A stretch of DNA of 64,000 nt from an uncultured Desulfobacter sp. (GTDB lineage: Bacteria > Desulfobacterota > Desulfobacteria > Desulfobacterales > Desulfobacteraceae): NCBI GenBank assembly GCA_963665095.1, contig OY762069.1:2368001-2432000 (forward strand). The letters are read 5' to 3'. Below, piece after piece: positions 58,004 through 64,000 of this stretch. Each line of letters opens with the position of its first letter. Within the stretch, counting starts at the first letter, position 1. Below the pieces are notes generated by a model, which was given only the letters and a program-made list of their open reading frames with translations, was not told where the DNA came from and did not search any database. The position numbers and the translations under genes are program-made.

Positions 58004-58705
58004 ATGAAGATAATAACCATAGCCGGCACCCCTTCTTCGGGTAAAACAGCCGTGGTTTCAGCACTTGCCCGGTTGTACCGGGCCCGGGACATTCAAGTTG
58101 CGGCAGTCAAATTTGACGCCCTGGCCACCACGGATGACGTCTGGTTCCGGGAGCGGGTGGGGATACCTGCCATCAAGGGGCTGGGGGCATACATCTGCCC
58201 GGATCACTTTTATGTGTCCAATCTTGAAGAGGCGGCACAATGGGGCTGGGACCAGGAGGCCCGAATCCTTTTTATGGAAACCGCCGGACTGTGCCTGCGG
58301 TGCGCCCCCCATATTGAAACCATACCCGCGGTAACGGTGACCGATCTTCTGGCCGGCATGGACGCCCCTGAAAAGATGGGGCCGTTGTTAAGCCTGGCCG
58401 ACGTGGTGGTGGTCACCAAGGCGGATATGGTTTCCCAGGCCGAAAAAGAGGTCTTTATCCACGGCATTGAAAAGGTCAATCCCAGTGCCCGAATTTTCCA
58501 GGTTAACGGGCTTACCGGGTCCGGTGCCCTGCCCTTGAAACGGCTCATGGATACCTGGCCTGAACATAATGACCTGACCGGTTTGAGCCTTAGATACGCC
58601 ATGCCCGCCTCTGTGTGTTCCTATTGCACCGGGGAGACGCGGATCGGGTCACAGTTCCAGTCAGGTAATGTGACTAAAATGTCAATTAACGGGGGCGGGC
58701 AATGA
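58004..58705 (+). CDS. Cys-rich G3E-like (UreG/HypB/CobW-related) GTP-binding protein
   Basis: GTPSSGKT, CPDH, ETAGLCLRC, TKAD and CSYC motifs. Confidence 0.82.
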   Translation: MKIITIAGTPSSGKTAVVSALARLYRARDIQVAAVKFDALATTDDVWFRERVGIPAIKGLGAYICPDHFYVSNLEEAAQWGWDQEARILFMETAGLCLRCAPHIETIPAVTVTDLLAGMDAPEKMGPLLSLADVVVVTKADMVSQAEKEVFIHGIEKVNPSARIFQVNGLTGSGALPLKRLMDTWPEHNDLTGLSLRYAMPASVCSYCTGETRIGSQFQSGNVTKMSINGGGQ

Positions 58706-59553
58706 ACCGTACTGCAAAACAAAGATCACAGCAGGGCCGGCCGGTGCAATACCTGAAAGGCAGGCCCATGGGGTTTGGCATCGAAATATCAGGGGGCACC
58801 TGCAAGGACGGCTCGCCCGAGCCCCTGGACCATGTGCATATCGCCCCGGGAGAAAGCGTTGCCATTATCGGGCCCACCGGCTCCGGAAAGAGCCAGCTGC
58901 TGTCGGACATTGAGCAGGCGGCCTGCGGGGATACGGTATCAGCAAGGCATGTGAGCATTAAAAACGGGCGGCCGGGCAATGATCCGGCAGACCCGGCGGA
59001 CCGCCCCGGCCCCATGTCTCCGGGGACAGGGCTGGTGGCCCAGCTCACCCAGAAAACCTCCTTTATCATGGACTGCACGGTGGAAAGGTTTCTGAAACTT
59101 CATGCCCTAAGCCGGCACCGCACAGAGCCGGGCCTGACGGACATGGTCCTTGAAAAGGCAAATGCCCTGAGCGGAGAGCCCATATCGGCGGACACCAATC
59201 TGCAGGTGCTCAGCGGGGGACAGTCCCGGGCCCTGATGATTGCCGATATCGCCTGTATCTCAGACTCCCCGGTGGTGCTTATTGATGAAATTGAAAACGC
59301 CGGTATTGACAAGCTGGCGGCCCTGAAAATCCTCAGTGACAGCCAAAAACCCATCCTCATCGCCACCCATGATCCCGTGCTGATGCTCATGGCCGACAAA
59401 AGGCTTGTAATGGCCAAAGGGGGCATGTCAAAGCTTTTGTCCGTGACTCCCGGCGAGCAGGCATCCCTTGGGCAGCTGAAAAAAATGGACCGGGCCATGA
59501 CCCTGGCAAGGGAGCAACTTCGTTCCGGACAACCTTTAAACGTGCAAATGTAA
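58702..59553 (+). CDS. ABC ATP-binding protein
   Basis: GPTGSGKS, LSGGQ, VLIDEIENAG and ATHD motifs. Confidence 0.88.
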   Translation: MNRTAKQRSQQGRPVQYLKGRPMGFGIEISGGTCKDGSPEPLDHVHIAPGESVAIIGPTGSGKSQLLSDIEQAACGDTVSARHVSIKNGRPGNDPADPADRPGPMSPGTGLVAQLTQKTSFIMDCTVERFLKLHALSRHRTEPGLTDMVLEKANALSGEPISADTNLQVLSGGQSRALMIADIACISDSPVVLIDEIENAGIDKLAALKILSDSQKPILIATHDPVLMLMADKRLVMAKGGMSKLLSVTPGEQASLGQLKKMDRAMTLAREQLRSGQPLNVQM

Positions 59554-59577
59554 TTGTGCTTAATTTCAGGAGATGTT

Positions 59578-60453
59578 ATGGCAGACATCCATTTGGCTAT
59601 CCCACCGAATATCCTGCGCAAAACCGCAGATGACCTGAAGGTGAAATTCCCGGACATCACCATCAGGCCCCACCAGACCCATTCCGAAATGGCGGCCTTT
59701 TTTGCCGATGATTTTGGTGACCTTGAAAAGACCGCGGACCTGACCCTGGCAGCCTACCCTTCAGCCCTGACCAACTGCATGACCCAAAAGGAGGGCGGTA
59801 TTTTCCAGGCCATGCCCCATGATCTGCCAGCGCTGTGTCCATACCTGGCCGGGGCCGGGTTTGGCGAATCCACCCCGTTTTACCGGGTGGTGGCCGTGGT
59901 GACCCTGGTGTTTATTGCAAACCGGCAGATTGACCCCTTTCCCAAATCCTGGCGGGACCTTTGCGGGCAAGCGTTGCGGGACAAGGTCGTGATCCCGCCC
60001 GAAGAGACCCCGGCACCGGCGCTCTATGCCTACTACATGGAAAAATTTTTCCAGGAAATCGGCCGCAGGGCCGCCCGGGCGGTTCACCAAAACCTTTTAC
60101 CCCAGCAGATCAATGTGGCCGTAGACCTGGGCCGGTATGCGGCAGGAATGGTTTTTCCCGCCTTTGCCCGGACCTTTCGCTCGGGGAACGCGGCCATGGT
60201 CTGGCCTGAAGAGGGGGCCCTGACCCTGCCCCTCCTGGCCTTTTTAAAAAAAGGTGCCCCGGCTGCGGCCAAGGCCGTACTGGCCTTTGTGATGGGGCAT
60301 GAATACCAGAGCTTTCTTTCTTCCAGCGGCCTTTTTTGCCCCATTCGGGAGGATGTGCCGAAATTTGAAGAACTTGAAGATGAAAACAACAGGTTAAACT
60401 GGATGGGATGGCCGGATTATTGTGCCATGGCCCAGTTCAATGCATATAAATAA
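59578..60453 (+). CDS. ABC substrate-binding-like protein without an obvious signal peptide
   Basis: PKSWRDL and MVWPEEGAL motifs typical of class II SBPs; no hydrophobic N-terminus. Confidence 0.7.
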   Translation: MADIHLAIPPNILRKTADDLKVKFPDITIRPHQTHSEMAAFFADDFGDLEKTADLTLAAYPSALTNCMTQKEGGIFQAMPHDLPALCPYLAGAGFGESTPFYRVVAVVTLVFIANRQIDPFPKSWRDLCGQALRDKVVIPPEETPAPALYAYYMEKFFQEIGRRAARAVHQNLLPQQINVAVDLGRYAAGMVFPAFARTFRSGNAAMVWPEEGALTLPLLAFLKKGAPAAAKAVLAFVMGHEYQSFLSSSGLFCPIREDVPKFEELEDENNRLNWMGWPDYCAMAQFNAYK

Positions 60454-60465
60454 AGGAGAAAAAAA

Positions 60466-62550
60466 ATGAACCGGTTTCAACGTATGCTCATAACAGGTTT
60501 GGTATTATTCCTGCTCCAGGCCCCCGGGACAGTCTGTGCGCAAAACAGTGAAGAGGTATCAGATCAGGACCATGAAGCTGTCAATGTGGATGAACTTCTG
60601 GTCACGGCAAGGGGGGTGGAAAGCCAGGTGTCCCAAACACCCGGAGGAACGGCCGCCATGGATGCCCAACAACTTTACCAGGCCCAGGACCCCAGCATCA
60701 CCAACACCCTGACCCGGATCCCCGGGGTGGACAAATCCTCGGATTCGGCCTGGGGCTCAGCCATCAACATCAGGGGCCTTGGACGAAACCACGTGGTGTT
60801 TCTCATTGACGGGTGCAGGGTCAACACGGCAACAGATGTCAATGCCCAGTTCGGACTTATCAATTCATACGAGGTGGAACGTATTGAAATCCTGAAAGGG
60901 CCGGTATCTGCCCTCTACGGATCCGGAGCCATGGGCGGGGTGGTCAACGTGATCACAAAAAAAGGCTATTTTTCCGATGAGACTACCAGTGAAACCAGCC
61001 TGGGAGCAAGCTTTGGCACAAACCCGGAAGGGTTCAGTCTCTTTGGTGACACCCGGGTGAACACCCCCGACTTCTGGATTTACGGTGCGGCATCCCGGCG
61101 GGATTATGACTCCTATGAAAACGGGGATGGGGACACCCAGGCAAACAGCCAGTTTGAAGATTACAGCGGCAGCTTGAAAGCCGGTTACAAGTGGAATGAA
61201 AAAAACATCACAGATATCAACATTCAATATATGAAAGGAGAGGATATCGGTATCCCCGGCAAGGGGCTTTCCCTGCCGACAGGCCCGACCATCACCTATC
61301 CGGATACAGACCGGACCCTGGTGAGCCTGACCCACAAATTTACACCCGAAGACAGCATCCTGACCGCATCCGACCTCAACCTTTTTTACCAGGAGATTGA
61401 CCGGAATGTGGAGATGGTGTTCCCGGCAGGGTCTGCGGCCACCAGCATCAATCCATCGGCCAACCACAAGTCCTTTGGCGGCAAATGGCAGAATGTCATC
61501 GGCCTGGCTTCCCAGACCATTGTCACGGGCCTGGATGTCTGGACCTGGGAGATCGAGTCCACCCGGGAAAAAAATCTGGCCTCGGGCCTTACCGGCATTG
61601 ACACCCCCCTGGCCGATGCCAAACAGCTTTCGGCAGGGCTTTTCCTGGAAGACGATATTCAGATCGGGCAACCTTTTGTCCTGAACCTGGGCGGCCGTGT
61701 GGACTATATCAGCGCCAAAAGTGACCCGCTGTACAACTGGATCACTCCGCCGTCTGCCAGGATTCCCGTCACCCTGATCCGGGATGGGGAGGATAACGAT
61801 GATGTGAGCTGGGATGCCCATGCAGGCCTTACCTGGGACATATCCTCACCCTGGTCCATGACCCTGCTGGGTGCTTTTTCATACAGGGCCCCGGACCTGA
61901 TGGACAGGTACAAATATGTCGCCTTTACCGGCGGTGCCACCTATGGAAATCCCGATCTTGATCCCGAGCGCTCCTCGTTCATTGAATACGGGATTCATTA
62001 CCGTACCCCGAAAATTTCCTTTTCCGGCTCTGTCTATGCCAATTATTTAAAGGATATGATCGCATCAAGGCTCAAGGACGCCGCAACAAATACCTACCAG
62101 ATGGAAAATATTGACAAGGCAAGGCTGTATGGCGGAGAGCTTGAGGCAAAATACCGTCCCGTTGAAAAATGGGAGATTTACGCCGGCATCGCCTATGTCA
62201 GGGGGACTGATGAGACAGATGATTCCAACCTGTCTATGATCCCGCCCCTTAACGGTATTGCGGGCGTAAGCTTTGCTCAGGGCGACAAGGGATTCTGGGC
62301 AGACTGCAACCTGACCTGGGCAGACCGCCAGGACAAGGTGGCCTCGGGCGAACAGGAGACCGCAGGTTGGGCCACGGTTAATGCCAAAGCCGGCTACAAA
62401 TTTGATTGCGGCAGATTCGGCCATGATATCATGATGGGCGTGGATAATATTTTTGATGCCCAGTATGCCAACCACCTGTCAACGACCCGGTCCGTTCTCT
62501 TGGCCGAGCCCGGTGTAAATATTTACGCGGCCTACAGGGTGACCTTCTAA
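60466..62550 (+). CDS. TonB-dependent receptor
   Basis: Signal peptide; LLVTA; ERIEILKGPVSALYGSGAMGGVVN; YRAP...NPDL; C-terminal YRVTF. Confidence 0.92.
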   Translation: MNRFQRMLITGLVLFLLQAPGTVCAQNSEEVSDQDHEAVNVDELLVTARGVESQVSQTPGGTAAMDAQQLYQAQDPSITNTLTRIPGVDKSSDSAWGSAINIRGLGRNHVVFLIDGCRVNTATDVNAQFGLINSYEVERIEILKGPVSALYGSGAMGGVVNVITKKGYFSDETTSETSLGASFGTNPEGFSLFGDTRVNTPDFWIYGAASRRDYDSYENGDGDTQANSQFEDYSGSLKAGYKWNEKNITDINIQYMKGEDIGIPGKGLSLPTGPTITYPDTDRTLVSLTHKFTPEDSILTASDLNLFYQEIDRNVEMVFPAGSAATSINPSANHKSFGGKWQNVIGLASQTIVTGLDVWTWEIESTREKNLASGLTGIDTPLADAKQLSAGLFLEDDIQIGQPFVLNLGGRVDYISAKSDPLYNWITPPSARIPVTLIRDGEDNDDVSWDAHAGLTWDISSPWSMTLLGAFSYRAPDLMDRYKYVAFTGGATYGNPDLDPERSSFIEYGIHYRTPKISFSGSVYANYLKDMIASRLKDAATNTYQMENIDKARLYGGELEAKYRPVEKWEIYAGIAYVRGTDETDDSNLSMIPPLNGIAGVSFAQGDKGFWADCNLTWADRQDKVASGEQETAGWATVNAKAGYKFDCGRFGHDIMMGVDNIFDAQYANHLSTTRSVLLAEPGVNIYAAYRVTF

Positions 62551-62551
62551 A

Positions 62552-63547
62552 ATGAAACTTAAATTTTGGATCGCCGTGGCACTGGTCCTTACCGGACTGA
62601 TCGGTACCGGCGGGTACCTGAGCCTGGATAAAAAGGGCAGCGGGCAGTTCACCCTGGGGCAAAACCCGGACCTGCCCACCCTGACCTTTTATACCACAGG
62701 CCTTGCCACCACCCCCCAGCTTGCCTTCTGGCATGCTGTAAACCAGGGCAGCATCCTTGAAAGGTGCAATATCAGGGTCTGCCTGTGGAAAAACCTGGAT
62801 GATCTGAGGGGAATTTTACTGGCCGGCAAAGGGGACCTGTGGCTGGGGCATACCGACGGGTTTGTCCAGGCGGCCCGCCGGGGCGCACCGGTTCAACTGA
62901 TGATCACATCCGGGTGGCGGAAGTTCTACCTGGTGTCAAGGGATCCGGGCAAAATACGCTTTGCCGATTTCAGGGGCAACACCCTTGCCGTTGCCCCGCC
63001 CGGATCACCGGCAATGCCCGTCCTTGAAAAGATGATGGGAAAAGAGGACAAACAAATCTCCTTTGTCTCCCATGAACCCCGGCAACTGGCCATGAAGCTT
63101 GCCAAAGGCATGGTGGATGCAGCCGTGTTGCCCGAACCTTTGGTCTCGGTTATCCTGGGCAAAGTCAATGACCTGGTACCGGGAGAAAATCTGGAATCCG
63201 CCTATGGCAGGTTCTGCGGGGGAGAGCCCAGGATGCCCATTGCAGGCTTGGCTGTAAATGCCGGGACAGCAGAAAAATATCCCGGTCTGATCCGGTTCAT
63301 TGAAGGCGAGATCCTCGACCACTCGCGGCAGATCCAGGACCATCCCCGGGAGGCGGTTCGGACCCTGCCGGCGCAGTTCAGGTCATTTGTCAGGGAAGAG
63401 GCCGTTGTCCGCTCCCTGGACAGGGACCTGGTCTTTGCGGCAAGATCCCTGGATGTAAAGGCGGAGATCATGGACTATGTCTTCCTGATTCAGTCCGGGC
63501 TGAAAGGGCCTGAAACAGGCCTTGCCGAATCAATATTCTGGAGATAA
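62552..63547 (+). CDS. ABC transporter substrate-binding protein (SsuA/NMT1-like)
   Basis: N-terminal TM anchor; DAAVLPEP motif; lies between TBDR and permease. Confidence 0.78.
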   Translation: MKLKFWIAVALVLTGLIGTGGYLSLDKKGSGQFTLGQNPDLPTLTFYTTGLATTPQLAFWHAVNQGSILERCNIRVCLWKNLDDLRGILLAGKGDLWLGHTDGFVQAARRGAPVQLMITSGWRKFYLVSRDPGKIRFADFRGNTLAVAPPGSPAMPVLEKMMGKEDKQISFVSHEPRQLAMKLAKGMVDAAVLPEPLVSVILGKVNDLVPGENLESAYGRFCGGEPRMPIAGLAVNAGTAEKYPGLIRFIEGEILDHSRQIQDHPREAVRTLPAQFRSFVREEAVVRSLDRDLVFAARSLDVKAEIMDYVFLIQSGLKGPETGLAESIFWR

Positions 63548-63550
63548 GCC

Positions 63551-64000
63551 GTGCCTTTTATGTTCTGCCTTGGCATCATTGCCGGTATATGGATGATCGC
63601 GCATCTTGCCTTTGGTGAAAGCCTTGTGCCCTGTCCAGGTGACACGTTTTCAACCCTGGCCGGCATGGTATGCACAAAGGATTTCTGGGTACACCTGAAT
63701 ATCACCTTGTTCAGGGGTGTCCTGGCACTTGGTGCGGCAGTGGCCGCCGCCCTGGTACTGGGCATCGGGGCCGGTCGGTATGGAAAACTCATGGATCTTG
63801 TCTCGCCCCTTGCGGCCTTTGTCCAGGCGGTGCCGCCCATCCTCTGGATCACCCTGGTCATGGTCTGGGCCGGCACAGGCAATGCCGTGCCTGTCCTGGT
63901 GGTGTTTGCCTCTTTGCTGCCGCCGCTTTTCATGACCGTGGCCATGGCAACGGCCAGCCTGAACCCGCAGTTTTTCCAGTTAAGGCAGATCTACCATATC
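63551..64000 (+). CDS. ABC permease (SsuC/TauC-like), truncated by the window end
   Basis: Not in ORF track. GTG at 63551 after GGAG; translates ...HLNITLFRG...QAVPPILWITLVMVWAG... Confidence 0.8.
   Translation, partial: MPFMFCLGIIAGIWMIAHLAFGESLVPCPGDTFSTLAGMVCTKDFWVHLNITLFRGVLALGAAVAAALVLGIGAGRYGKLMDLVSPLAAFVQAVPPILWITLVMVWAGTGNAVPVLVVFASLLPPLFMTVAMATASLNPQFFQLRQIYHI

Overview
A 64 kb bacterial chromosomal window. Gene content (IorAB, LarA, 4Fe-4S proteins, TRAP transporter, CoA-activase) suggests an anaerobe, probably Desulfobacterota; that assignment is inference. Layout: (1) 1-5.7 kb: PNPOx-like protein, hrpA, homocysteine S-methyltransferase. (2) 5.9-14.2 kb: an AT-richer three-gene operon with a filamentous-haemagglutinin-type TpsA, an exported TPR-CHAT (caspase-like) protease with an intact His/Cys dyad, and a ShlB/FhaC TpsB. 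(3) 14.5-20.3 kb: a 2-hydroxyacid operon (GlcD-type dehydrogenase, LarA racemase, TRAP). (4) 20.4-33.5 kb: mixed genes (GlxA regulator divergent from a ferredoxin/QueG-like pair, YvcK, ybaK, DUF4405, GGDEF, B12 radical SAM, His-rich protein, iorAB, aroQ, TatD). (5) 33.5-52.9 kb: a decaying metal/siderophore-uptake region with two intact FyuA-like TonB receptors, two PchR-like AraC regulators, a TBDR-LolA-like-DUF1302-MMPL-DUF4198 operon, two methyltransferases, two AAA_14/DUF4143 ATPases, a palindromic MITE-like element, and several gene remnants not identifiable from the ORF track alone. (6) 52.9-64 kb: a Crp/Fnr regulator, a candidate class II Crp/Fnr promoter, a double-ASKHA CoA-activase/DUF2229 protein, and a Cys-rich G3E-like GTPase-ABC ATPase-SBP-TonB receptor-ABC importer cluster. 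The best candidates for undescribed systems are the TpsA-CHAT-TpsB operon, the activase/GTPase/TBDR cluster, and the TBDR-MMPL operon. No rRNA, tRNA, CRISPR array, integrase or transposase was seen. All family calls are by motif recognition; no database search was run.
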